64,000 nucleotides of DNA from Poseidonia sp. (GCA_049412325.1 JBMSEL010000005.1:2244-66243); one strand, 5' to 3'. Positions 1-9,194 are shown, counted from the stretch's first letter. The notes: a model not told the origin generated them from the letters alone. Numbers and translations are program-made.

Positions 1-735
1 GTTTCGTTGCTCAACTCCCTTTCGGGAATTGCAGCCGCCTTTACCGGCTTCATCATCAGCAACCCGGTGCTGATCGTTGCAGGTTCCCTCGTGGGTGCAT
101 CAGGACTGATCTTGACCTTCATCATGTGCAAGGCCATGAACAGAACCTTGCCTGATGTGTTGTTCAAGTCCTTCGGTGGGACAACCAAGGAAACCGTCAC
201 ACGGACCAAGGTCGGCTCCGACCCGGATGAAGTGGCCATGATGATCGACGGGGCCCAGAAGGTCATCATCGTCCCAGGATACGGCATGGCCGTATCTCAG
301 TGTCAGCACCAAGTCAAGGAATTCGGTGACCTGCTCGAAGAGAAATTCGACACCGAGGTCAAGTACGCCATTCACCCTGTCGCCGGCCGTATGCCCGGAC
401 ACATGAACGTCTTGTTAGCAGAAGCGAATGTTCCTTACGAACAGCTCATCGAAATGGACGAAATCAACCCAGAATTCCCTGAGTGTGATGTCGCCGTGAT
501 CATTGGTGCCAACGACACCTGCAACCCTGCCGCCCGCACAGGTGAGGGCCCCCTCGCAGGCATGCCGATTATCGATGCCGACCAGGCACGAACCGTCGTC
601 ATCATCAAGCGTTCGCTCTCCGTTGGTTATGCAGGGGTTGACAACGACCTGTTCTACATGGACAAGACCATGATGCTCTTCGGCGATGGTAAAGCCATGA
701 TGACCGGTCTGAACAACGCCATCAAAGAGATTTGA
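1..735 (+). CDS. pntB: NAD(P) transhydrogenase subunit beta, C-terminal part (5' end outside window)
   Basis: The frame is open to the window edge; the track start at 7 is only an internal TTG. It has a TM segment followed by dIII NADP(H)-domain strings IIVPGYGMAVSQCQH, HPVAGRMPGHMNVLLAEANVPY and VIGANDTCNPAA. Confidence 0.9.
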   Translation, partial: VSLLNSLSGIAAAFTGFIISNPVLIVAGSLVGASGLILTFIMCKAMNRTLPDVLFKSFGGTTKETVTRTKVGSDPDEVAMMIDGAQKVIIVPGYGMAVSQCQHQVKEFGDLLEEKFDTEVKYAIHPVAGRMPGHMNVLLAEANVPYEQLIEMDEINPEFPECDVAVIIGANDTCNPAARTGEGPLAGMPIIDADQARTVVIIKRSLSVGYAGVDNDLFYMDKTMMLFGDGKAMMTGLNNAIKEI

Positions 736-807
736 ACAGGTTGCTGACTCCGCATCATGAAGCAACATTGAAAGAGCGGGGACCGGTGGAAAAAATTAGG
801 TGAGTCC

Positions 808-1767
808 ATGCGACGCAACTTCCGTAACATTTCGTTGATGGTTGTTCTCTCTTTGATGTTGGTCGCCCCTGTTTTGGGCAACCCAAACGGACCCCCATGG
901 GACGCTGGTGGAGGCAACCTCGTCATTGAAACAGGTTGTACGTGCCATGGTGGTGGGGCGCCATCGACCGAAGTGGTCGTTTCCGTGTCTGGAGTCCCCC
1001 GGGCTTACAATGTCAGTGAAACATACGAATTCGTCATCAAACTCCAACACGCCTCGAATGAAGGCGGCGGATTCCTCTTTTGGGACGGTGGCATTGGGAC
1101 ACTTACCGCAGGCGAAGGCAGCCAATCCGTTGCAGACGAGCCTGGCGCCCTTTCGCAGTCAGAACCAGGCAACGACTGGGTGGTTCAATGGACGGCACCA
1201 AGTGAGGATGCCGGCCCTGCAAATTTCCAACTGGTCGGCAACGCCGTCAACGGTGACGGGGCGCCCAATGAGGACGACAAATGGAACATCCTCACGTTCA
1301 CCGTGTCCGCACCTGGAGCGACCGAAATTGCCACCGATGAAGACGTGTCATTGCGAACCATCAGCGTTGGTGATTACGACTCCCTCTTTGTCGCAGAAGA
1401 AGACCCGGAGGCTGTGGAAGCCGAGCGACAAGAAGGTATTGCGCATGACTTCTTCACCAACGGTAATCTCTACTACTGGACGACGCTCTCCATGATCATC
1501 ATTGCCGCCGTCATTCAAGGTGAATTCTACGAACGAAAGTTTGGCGGGGGACCAACCCACTTGGACAAGAGCCTCGCCGTCCCACAGGGCCTGCGCCGCG
1601 GTGTGTTGGCAGCAGCTCTTGCCGTCTTGTTTGCCTACCTCGTCGACAGTGGACAGCCTTGGGGCTACGGCCTCGTGGCTGGCATGTTGACCCTATGGGC
1701 TATCTACGGCGTTTATCGGACCATCGTTCAAGCCCGAGCTCCAAAGCAGTACACCGACCTTGTTTGA
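808..1767 (+). CDS. exported Reeler/DOMON-like domain protein with twin-arginine signal and 3 C-terminal TM helices
   Basis: GGTGA Shine-Dalgarno-like sequence 5 nt upstream of the ATG. N-terminus MRRNFRN plus hydrophobic stretch ISLMVVLSLMLVAPVLG. The domain pattern C-x-C-H ... GGGFLFWDG ... WVVQWTAPS ... NFQLVGNAVNG resembles the reeler-type beta-sandwich by eye. Hydrophobic helices near the C-terminus. Confidence 0.6.
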   Translation: MRRNFRNISLMVVLSLMLVAPVLGNPNGPPWDAGGGNLVIETGCTCHGGGAPSTEVVVSVSGVPRAYNVSETYEFVIKLQHASNEGGGFLFWDGGIGTLTAGEGSQSVADEPGALSQSEPGNDWVVQWTAPSEDAGPANFQLVGNAVNGDGAPNEDDKWNILTFTVSAPGATEIATDEDVSLRTISVGDYDSLFVAEEDPEAVEAERQEGIAHDFFTNGNLYYWTTLSMIIIAAVIQGEFYERKFGGGPTHLDKSLAVPQGLRRGVLAAALAVLFAYLVDSGQPWGYGLVAGMLTLWAIYGVYRTIVQARAPKQYTDLV

Positions 1768-1777
1768 GTGAAGCATC

Positions 1778-3037
1778 ATGGCGGTCCTCCTCGATCAGGA
1801 CCAACAACAACCCGTCCAGGTTCATTTGAATGAATTGACCTGGAGAACGACGGTCGTGTTCGCCACCGTCTCGCTGCTCACGATAGCATGGTCAACCATG
1901 GTAGACGATGTTCTCGACCAAGTGCTTCGAAATCTCAACCCATGTCCTGGGGAGTGTTTGAATGTCTATGACCCGGCTCAATGGAGCGCCGTTCGATGGT
2001 TGACGTCCCTGTTGCTGGGCACGCTGTCCGCTTTACCACTGATTTCTTTTCACGTTCTTCAATTCTCAAAACCGGGATTGTTGCCGGGTGAATACAATGC
2101 CTTGCGACGTTGGATGCTGACCACGGCACTCGGGTTGATGCTGATTGCATTCATGTTGGTCAACCACTGGCTTCCTGCGCTCTATGATGCAGGATTCACC
2201 CAACACAACAACGCAGGTTTGGCCGCTCAATACAGCGCCGTTGACATGCTTCTGGTGGCGGCGTTCTGTATTTGGGCTACCATGGTCATGGCTGCGACAT
2301 GGACGGGCCTCGTCGTGATGGGGAGGCTTGGTGTTGTCAACCGGACGACAGCCGATGTGTGGCGGCTCCGTTTGTACGGCCTTGGTAGCCTCTTGCTTGC
2401 ATTATCGATCCCGGAGCATGCTCAACCACTCTTGCTCCCATTGCTCGCCACCTACTGGATCACATCAGAATTGATTGGACAACGGTGGTTGTTGGCCCAA
2501 CCCATGGCCCAGGGGTATGCGGTTGAACGATTGGACGAAGAAGGTCGGCGTCAGCGGATTGCACTGCTGGACTGTTCATGTGAAGGAGCCAATGTACACC
2601 ACGGGCACGCCCAGGTCGATGGTTGTTCAACCGTTTCGGTCACAGGAATCTGCACCTCTCCCACTGCCCGCACGACAGTGTTCGAGCACTTGATCCAGGC
2701 AAAGATCACCGATGCCGTCATCACTGGATGCGATGGACAGCCTTGTCCAAAGCAATTCAAAGAGAACATCCATCACCTCGGGGCACGCCTCCACGGCCTC
2801 AACCTCATGGCTCTTCAAAACCATCGCGTTTCAAACCCAAATCCAAACCTCGATGTGCTCATAGGATTCCATACGCTTCCATCCCTGTTTCCTTCCGAAG
2901 CCCGTCAACGAAACCTCAGCGAGATCATTGAAACAGAACACTACATCACGGCCGTGAAGATTGAAAATGATGACCTTCCTCAATGGCCAGCAATCTATCT
3001 TGAGGTGGACCAATTCGTGTATCCAAGCGTTCGGTAG
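1778..3037 (+). CDS. tatC: TatC-like Sec-independent translocase component with ~180-aa Cys/His-rich C-terminal extension
   Basis: Aligns by eye with E. coli TatC over about 230 aa: HLNELTWR (HLIELRKR), LPLISFHVLQFSKPGLLPGEYN ([22 protein letters not shown]), and 6 TM segments. Only 10 nt downstream of the previous gene. Confidence 0.7.
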   Translation: MAVLLDQDQQQPVQVHLNELTWRTTVVFATVSLLTIAWSTMVDDVLDQVLRNLNPCPGECLNVYDPAQWSAVRWLTSLLLGTLSALPLISFHVLQFSKPGLLPGEYNALRRWMLTTALGLMLIAFMLVNHWLPALYDAGFTQHNNAGLAAQYSAVDMLLVAAFCIWATMVMAATWTGLVVMGRLGVVNRTTADVWRLRLYGLGSLLLALSIPEHAQPLLLPLLATYWITSELIGQRWLLAQPMAQGYAVERLDEEGRRQRIALLDCSCEGANVHHGHAQVDGCSTVSVTGICTSPTARTTVFEHLIQAKITDAVITGCDGQPCPKQFKENIHHLGARLHGLNLMALQNHRVSNPNPNLDVLIGFHTLPSLFPSEARQRNLSEIIETEHYITAVKIENDDLPQWPAIYLEVDQFVYPSVR

Positions 3038-3100
3038 AAATCCGTCGACGGGCATGCATCGGCAACGAAGGTTCAAACACCCATCCGTTGACAACATCCC

Positions 3101-5218
3101 ATGAGGAGGGTCGCTGCTGCGCTCATGGCCTTTCTCTTCATTGCCATGTCCATCTGGTCGTTTTTGAATGAAGAAACCGTTGAAACTTGGCTCACGCAAC
3201 AGGTGGTCAATCAATCAAAAGAACCCACGAATCAACTTCCACTCCAAGACAACGAATCTTGGCTGGTGGTGGTGGTTGATTTTGAGCAAAACGTCGCTGG
3301 AAACGGTTGGGGTCCTGAAGAAGCAAGAACGATGCTTGACCAAGCCGTTGTTCCTTACATCCAGCAACTTTCCGGAGGTGTGACTAACCTTACCATCGAC
3401 GTCCACGAAACTGTGATTCGTGCCAGTGGGTCAATGGCAGATTATGGCCGAGACGAAGCAGGAAAAGATACGGCAGCGGACGGCCAATTCCTACCGAGTG
3501 CACTTGCCGAAGAGGCCGTGCTCGGCATCAAAGAGTCCGTTGACTGGAACCGTTATGACCTCAACGCCAACGGTGAGGTCGACCGATTCATGGTCCTCCA
3601 TACAACCAAAGGTCAAGAGGAAAACCCAGGTATTTCCAATCGTATTTGGAGCCATTACACGGAATTTGAGACACCGCTTGACCTTGATGGAGGCCTCACC
3701 ATCGGCCACTACACCATGGCCAGTCTTCAAACGGGAACCAGTGGAATTGGAACCATCATTCACGAAATGTTGCATCAGATGGGTGCCATTGACCTCTATC
3801 CAGTCCATGATGAGGTCAATGCTCAATCGTGGAAAGGTCCCGGGGACTGGGACATCATGGCCAGTGGAAACTGGAACGGTGGAGGTCGATGGCCGGCCAT
3901 GCCGACGGGCGCCAACATCGAACTGGTTCGACCTGAACGAGTGGATACACTGAACCTTGAATGGCCATCCACCGCGGCAAAGCCATGCATCGGTCCGACG
4001 GTTGACCTCGTTGGTGTTAGTGAGGGGGGTTCCATTCTGAAGATCCCTATCGCCCAACATGAAGCTGTTTTCATCGAGCACCGATCTGATTCAGGGTACG
4101 ATTCTCGCTTACCGGGCTACGGCGTGTTGGTGTCGTACCAAGACCTCAGTGTGGGCGACATTGAACGAAACGAAGTGAACACCAACCCCAATACCCCTTG
4201 GTTAAAGGTCATTGAAGCCGATGAAGGTGATGATTTGGTCCGTGGCTCAAACCAAGGTGAAGCCACCGACCTGTTCCTCAACAACACCTCCTTTGGTGCC
4301 GAAGGCGTAGAAATTCGGACGCATGATGGTTTCTTGGTGCCTTGGGTCGCCACCATCACCGGAGAAGACAACATCACCGTCTCGTTCGAAGCGCCCCACT
4401 GCAATCCAGAATTCCATATTGACATGAACGACCATGGCAGTACCATCCTGCCGGGCCAATCACTCACCATCGACATCACCGGCGATGTTGTAGATTGCTC
4501 CGCCAACCTCATGTCGTCCGATGGACGGAGCGTGAGCCTCGAATCCACCAGCAGCGGCCATGAGTTGGTCTACTCCACCACCGGGGTGGCCCCATCAACG
4601 GCAATCCTTCGTGGTACCATCACATGCGATGGCATGACCTTGGACCTCGAACATCCCGTTCAGGTGTTTGAGCGCATACCACGTCCTTCGCTGTTTGAGG
4701 CCAAGGTTCACCCGTCGCAACCAACGATCCTAAGCATCCCTCTCGACTCCATGGGTGAAGGTGAACAGCGATACAGTGTAGTGGTGGATGGGCCGTTGAG
4801 TCGGGTAGCAACTGGTGAGGCATTCATCACCCTGAAAGGACAGGACACCTACACGCTGATGGTTGAACCGAGTGGGCTCTTATCTGAGAACATGTTGATT
4901 TTCGGCTCGGTTCATCTTGTGACAGAAGAAGGCACAGAGTGGACAGTTGAGATCGAACTTCAGGCCACAACGCAACAAGATGAATGGTGGATGATATGGA
5001 CTGAACCCGGGAGAGTCATCGGATTGATGTTCCTGGTCTTGGCGTTCTCCTCACTCGCTGGGGCCATCGGATCGCGAGGAACGGATCGTCATGTGCCCGA
5101 GCATGTTGCGACAGACCAAACCGATCCCAGCGCCCATGCTCCACAAGGGGATGCATGGGGGCGGCCGTTGGATGAACAGGCATCAACCGGCACGCTTGAT
5201 GTTGAGGAACAATGGTGA
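3101..5218 (+). CDS. secreted/anchored M6 (immune inhibitor A-like) zinc metalloprotease
   Basis: N-terminal MRRVAAALMAFLFIAMSIW signal/anchor. IWSHYTEF and HEMLHQMGAIDLY (HExxHxxGxxDxY) match M6-type motifs. C-terminal TM segment VIGLMFLVLAFSSLAGAIG. Confidence 0.8.
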   Translation: MRRVAAALMAFLFIAMSIWSFLNEETVETWLTQQVVNQSKEPTNQLPLQDNESWLVVVVDFEQNVAGNGWGPEEARTMLDQAVVPYIQQLSGGVTNLTIDVHETVIRASGSMADYGRDEAGKDTAADGQFLPSALAEEAVLGIKESVDWNRYDLNANGEVDRFMVLHTTKGQEENPGISNRIWSHYTEFETPLDLDGGLTIGHYTMASLQTGTSGIGTIIHEMLHQMGAIDLYPVHDEVNAQSWKGPGDWDIMASGNWNGGGRWPAMPTGANIELVRPERVDTLNLEWPSTAAKPCIGPTVDLVGVSEGGSILKIPIAQHEAVFIEHRSDSGYDSRLPGYGVLVSYQDLSVGDIERNEVNTNPNTPWLKVIEADEGDDLVRGSNQGEATDLFLNNTSFGAEGVEIRTHDGFLVPWVATITGEDNITVSFEAPHCNPEFHIDMNDHGSTILPGQSLTIDITGDVVDCSANLMSSDGRSVSLESTSSGHELVYSTTGVAPSTAILRGTITCDGMTLDLEHPVQVFERIPRPSLFEAKVHPSQPTILSIPLDSMGEGEQRYSVVVDGPLSRVATGEAFITLKGQDTYTLMVEPSGLLSENMLIFGSVHLVTEEGTEWTVEIELQATTQQDEWWMIWTEPGRVIGLMFLVLAFSSLAGAIGSRGTDRHVPEHVATDQTDPSAHAPQGDAWGRPLDEQASTGTLDVEEQW

Positions 5219-6265
5219 TTCATCGCTTTGGTCAGCGCAGAGCCACCGCTTGTTGACTCCTTCAGCCAATCGAACGGCAAGGCAAACTTCCTCCCAATTT
5301 GCAGGTGCCTCTGGACGTGGCTGGATCAGCCATGGTGCATGAGCAAACTCAATGTCATCTTCGTAAGCTCGCCATCGGCACCCGTACTTGAATCCCGGAC
5401 GAAGTAAAAGGCCGGCCTCGACGAGAGCCACGTAAAGACCGTTGGAGGCTGATGAACCACTCAGAAGGTATTCTCGCTCTTCCGTTCTTAGGAATCGACC
5501 GGAAAAATGGGGCAATCCGAAGGCCGGCAACGGCCATTCATCACACGATGAAAGAAACACACCACCGTCCACCGGCGTACCCTCAAGGCACCACGTCGTC
5601 ACTTGTTCTCGTTGCTCAACATTGAGATTCCCAAGGTGCAGGTGATGACCGTTGGGCTGCATGAACGACAAATGGTAGACCGTGGTGTCAAATTCATCGT
5701 CGATGACAACCAATTCCGCAAGGTGGCCAAAGCCATGAACATCAGACACCCACTGACCGAGTTCATCCCAATCAAGCGGATCGTGTGTTCGCTGAATTCG
5801 AACTTGGGTGTTTCCAGGGTGAGTTGACCATGCCTCGTGTCGTTCCCAACGAATGGCCCAAGTTGCTTGAGGCAACTGTTCATACCTTCCAGCGAGATGT
5901 TGTGCAGGCACGACTCGCTCACCGCCGTTTCGAAGCACATCGAGGGCAATGGTTCGTCTGAGCAACGTGGTGTCTTGTTTGAGTGAGGCTTCAAACCAAC
6001 CATCGGTCTTCGGCAAGGGGAGATGACGGTACCAATGACAGAAGAGTACCTCCTCTGGCGTGAGTAACAACCCGCCTTCAACCCGCTGACCGAGTGCACT
6101 TTTCTGATGCAGACGGTGAGCGAGTGGTTCGCTCACGAACCATCCATCATCCCGTAGTATAGGTGGGTCAAGCGGGGTTGTTGGTGCCGCATTGGCGGAG
6201 CGGCCCTCGCCGATGGGTCGAGTGGTTCTTGCCCTCGGACGATATGTTCGTTCTCGCCCACCCAT
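5183..6265 (-). CDS. endA: tRNA-splicing (intron) endonuclease, long two-repeat form
   Basis: C-terminal catalytic domain strings GFKYGCRWRAYEDD and HAPWLIQP. Length is compatible with a duplicated-unit enzyme. The track start (6358) overlaps the divergent gene within a CCATGG; the internal ATG at 6265 (MGGRERT...) is proposed, and the start is uncertain. Confidence 0.8.
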   Translation of the reverse strand: MGGRERTYRPRARTTRPIGEGRSANAAPTTPLDPPILRDDGWFVSEPLAHRLHQKSALGQRVEGGLLLTPEEVLFCHWYRHLPLPKTDGWFEASLKQDTTLLRRTIALDVLRNGGERVVPAQHLAGRYEQLPQATWAIRWERHEAWSTHPGNTQVRIQRTHDPLDWDELGQWVSDVHGFGHLAELVVIDDEFDTTVYHLSFMQPNGHHLHLGNLNVEQREQVTTWCLEGTPVDGGVFLSSCDEWPLPAFGLPHFSGRFLRTEEREYLLSGSSASNGLYVALVEAGLLLRPGFKYGCRWRAYEDDIEFAHAPWLIQPRPEAPANWEEVCLAVRLAEGVNKRWLCADQSDESPLFLNIKRAG

Positions 6266-6356
6266 GTAATCTCCATCAGCGGGCTGTTTTTGATTCCGTC
6301 GCTTGAAACCGATTGTCCTATGTGCTATCGGCTCAACGCTTACCTGAGGCGCTCCC

Positions 6357-7310
6357 ATGGTTGTTGGCTATCTTGGGACATTGACGACAGAGGAGCGAAC
6401 CATGCTCCATTTGCTGAACCAGCAGCTTCCTGCGGGTGGTTGGGAAGCACCAGCATCATTGACGCAAGCAGGCATTTCAGCCGCCGTTCACGTCCAGCGA
6501 AAGCATATCCCACGGACCTTGAAGCGGATGGAGAAAAACGGGCTGCTTACCGTTGCCCAACGGCACATTCCAGGTGGAAAGCAACGAAAACGAGTCTATA
6601 CCCTGACCGAATTGGGCCGTGATATGGCCAACTCCCTCGCCCAACGCGTTCTTGACGAAGAGGTGAATGAAGGAAATACAACAAAAGTTCTAGCGGAGAT
6701 TTGGAACCGGAATGAACCACTTCTTGAATTGCTTTCGAGGGTTGATGAAGCCCGTAACCTCCAAGACGCCCCACTCGTATCTCCTGTTTCCAACCCCCAT
6801 GGCATGGCCTCGATGGATGCCCAGAATGGAGAAGCACTGGTCAGAAGAATGTATGCGAGAGCTTGGGAAGACGGCAAGATAACCCGAGACGAACAATCCC
6901 TTCTCAACGAGGTGGTGGAATTCCTTGGTATGCACCCGGAGCGTGTACGACGATTGTCCAACGAAGCAAGAAAGGCGCTGAAGATTCCACCTCCAGAGGA
7001 AGTGTACTTCGAGATGATATTGCAAGCGTTGGACGATGGGGAGATTCTCCAAGATGAAATTGACTTGTTGGATACGTTCAGAGTTCACTTCGGCATCGAC
7101 CAAGTCACCCACAACGCCCTGTTGAACCGTGCCCGCGAAACACCTGCTGTTTCAGAACACTACCAAACCTATGCTGCAGCTGTCAAAACCGCCATGCAGG
7201 ACAAGGTGATCACGGCCGACGAGCACGCCATCCTCAAAACGCTGCGAGGAACCCTTGAAATCACGGACCAAGAACACGAACGCATCATGAATGAGTTGAC
7301 GGATGAATAA
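6357..7310 (+). CDS. winged-helix transcriptional regulator fused to three TerB-like (tellurite-resistance/DjlA-N-like) repeats
   Basis: N-terminal wHTH-like LTQAGISAAVHVQRKHIPRTLKRMEKNGLLTV...RKRVYTLTELG. Three ~60-aa repeats are centred on GKITRDEQSLLNEV, GEILQDEIDLLDTF and KVITADEHAILKTL. Alternative start at ATG 6402. Confidence 0.7.
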   Translation: MVVGYLGTLTTEERTMLHLLNQQLPAGGWEAPASLTQAGISAAVHVQRKHIPRTLKRMEKNGLLTVAQRHIPGGKQRKRVYTLTELGRDMANSLAQRVLDEEVNEGNTTKVLAEIWNRNEPLLELLSRVDEARNLQDAPLVSPVSNPHGMASMDAQNGEALVRRMYARAWEDGKITRDEQSLLNEVVEFLGMHPERVRRLSNEARKALKIPPPEEVYFEMILQALDDGEILQDEIDLLDTFRVHFGIDQVTHNALLNRARETPAVSEHYQTYAAAVKTAMQDKVITADEHAILKTLRGTLEITDQEHERIMNELTDE

Positions 7311-7323
7311 CTGAGGTGACACC

Positions 7324-8385
7324 ATGGGAATGACCGACGAGGAAGCGAATTTGCACGATACATTGTCCACATTGAAACGCCACTTGCGTTCAGATGAATC
7401 TGGAAAAATTGTGCTCATTGGCGATGTGATGATGGATTGCTACATTCACGGCTATGCCAACAATCTCAACTCGAGGGCCCCGGTTCCGGTGTTGCGAGAA
7501 ACGTCAAGGGAGGAGGACGTGGGAGCGGCTGCACACGTCGCCCGTGGTTTGCGTTCCATGGGTTTGGACAGTTACCTGTTTGGCGTTGTCGGGGATGACA
7601 CGGCTGGCCTTAGCATCATTGAATCACTCGAGGCAGAAGGGGTGACAACCCATGGTATTGCCATTATTGAAGACCGAACCACCACCGTGAAAACTCGCAT
7701 GTTAGCCTCCCGTGAAAGTTTGATTCGTGATGAACAACTCTTGCTTCGGTGGGACATTGAAGAAGATGCACCGGTGCCAGAAGAGGCTTCAAACGCACTC
7801 TATGATCAGGCTATCGCGGACCTCGATGATGCATCAGCCCTCATTGCATCCGACTACGGCCAAGGGGTGATCACCGACCAGGGTGCTGAACGATTGTTTG
7901 CAGCCGCAAAGGCACGGAACATTCCCGTGATCGCCGATCCAAAACTCACCGGCCTTCACCGCACCGAGGGTGTCGATTGGATTCTTTTCCAATCACAGGG
8001 ACTTGAATTGATGCGGCGACGCGTTGGTGCTTCAACAGGGGCTGAAGCTGCTGAGAAATTGTTGGCCCAATATCATTGGAAGCATCTCGTGGTGCTTTCA
8101 GGTGAAGCGGGTGTGACGATATATTCTGCAGAGGAGGAGACCGTCCATGCACCGTGCGGTCTGGTTGACCTTCGCCAAATGATTGGATTGATCGATGCTG
8201 CGGCCGTAGCCATCGCTTTCTCGCTGTCCTGTGGACTGGATGTTCACTCCACGGCCCTGCTAGCGAACGCTGCATGCGAATGTATTCTTGCGGCAGAAAA
8301 AACCGACGCGTTTGTGTTGAGCAAAGACGAACTGATCCACCGAGTGGGTGAGCATGTCTGGAATTTACAAGTGTCCAAGCGATAG
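7324..8385 (+). CDS. PfkB-family sugar/nucleoside kinase (RfaE/HldE domain-I-like)
   Basis: KIVLIGDVMMDCYIHGY...RAPVPVL...GAAAHVARGL...GVVGDDTAG resembles the ribokinase-fold heptose-7-P kinase N-terminus. C-terminal IDAAAV... region. Confidence 0.7.
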   Translation: MGMTDEEANLHDTLSTLKRHLRSDESGKIVLIGDVMMDCYIHGYANNLNSRAPVPVLRETSREEDVGAAAHVARGLRSMGLDSYLFGVVGDDTAGLSIIESLEAEGVTTHGIAIIEDRTTTVKTRMLASRESLIRDEQLLLRWDIEEDAPVPEEASNALYDQAIADLDDASALIASDYGQGVITDQGAERLFAAAKARNIPVIADPKLTGLHRTEGVDWILFQSQGLELMRRRVGASTGAEAAEKLLAQYHWKHLVVLSGEAGVTIYSAEEETVHAPCGLVDLRQMIGLIDAAAVAIAFSLSCGLDVHSTALLANAACECILAAEKTDAFVLSKDELIHRVGEHVWNLQVSKR

Positions 8386-8394
8386 GGTGGATGC

Positions 8395-8889
8395 ATGAGT
8401 GCTTGGTTGTGGCCCACGACCGCCGACGTCGGCATGCGAGTCTTTGCCAAAAATTACGCCTCGTTGTTGGCTGAAGCAGCAGAAGGGATGCAATCGTATC
8501 TCCTGAGTGAAACAAGTGCTCGTAACTTGAACGCTTGCGTACGAAAGACTGGGGAGTGGCGGGTTCGCTCCGAACACCGTCCGGCGGATGAGGAGTTTCT
8601 CTTCCTCGCTTGGCTTGATGAACTCCTCTACAGAGCCGAAGTGCATGGGCAATGGTATGTGGATGGACAGGTTCACGTCTTACGAGAACCAGATGGATTG
8701 ACCGCTGTAGCCCAAGTCTCTTTCATTGACGCTGAGCAAGTTGAACGAGAAATCGAAATTAAAGCGGTCACCACCCATCAATTGGTGGTCGCTGAACTAC
8801 AATCAGGAGAGGTTGTGACAAGCCATTGGGATGACGTGCCGTCCTTCGAAGGTCCAGGCTGGTACGCCGATGTTGTCTTTGACATTTAA
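8395..8889 (+). CDS. archease (RtcB activator / RNA-modification chaperone)
   Basis: TTADVGMRVFA N-terminal strand (HTADxG-like) and C-terminal IKAVTTHQLVV ... ADVVFDI are typical archease signature positions. 164 aa. Confidence 0.85.
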   Translation: MSAWLWPTTADVGMRVFAKNYASLLAEAAEGMQSYLLSETSARNLNACVRKTGEWRVRSEHRPADEEFLFLAWLDELLYRAEVHGQWYVDGQVHVLREPDGLTAVAQVSFIDAEQVEREIEIKAVTTHQLVVAELQSGEVVTSHWDDVPSFEGPGWYADVVFDI

Positions 8890-9194
8890 GGTGGGAGAGC
8901 CAAGGGTGGACGTGCGCTTCGCAAGGCCAAATCCGCAGGCTTCCTCCATCCCGGATCCCCACAGCACCCATGGCCCCAGGTAGGGCTGCTCCGTTCCCGG
9001 CCTGACCTAGTCCCCCGGTTATTCACTCCCCGTTTCCTTCCGGATACGGTTCATGACACCCGAGTCATGTGGGGGCGAGACATCAACGTCCGCCTACGGG
9101 AACCCCACGGCCGCTTACGCCGCCCCAAGGCGTTCGGTCCACCATAACGACGATTTGTGATTCAGGGTACGCCGAGCTCCCCACCTATCCCACC
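8890..9194 (-). ncRNA. archaeal signal recognition particle RNA (7S/SRP RNA)
   Basis: The minus strand reads AGGUCAGGCCGGGAACGGAGCAGCC, which is the helix-8 motif with a GGAA tetraloop. The 5' GGUGGGA pairs with the 3' UCCCACC to close the molecule. About 305 nt and GC-rich, with a TATA-like box about 25 nt upstream. Only spurious ORFs cover it. Confidence 0.85.

Noticed and set aside
937-948. Reading GCTCHGG as a bona fide c-type heme attachment site
   Set aside because: The spacing is CxCH, not CxxCH or any variant I know to be processed by Ccm systems. It is kept only as a low-confidence hypothesis in the findings.
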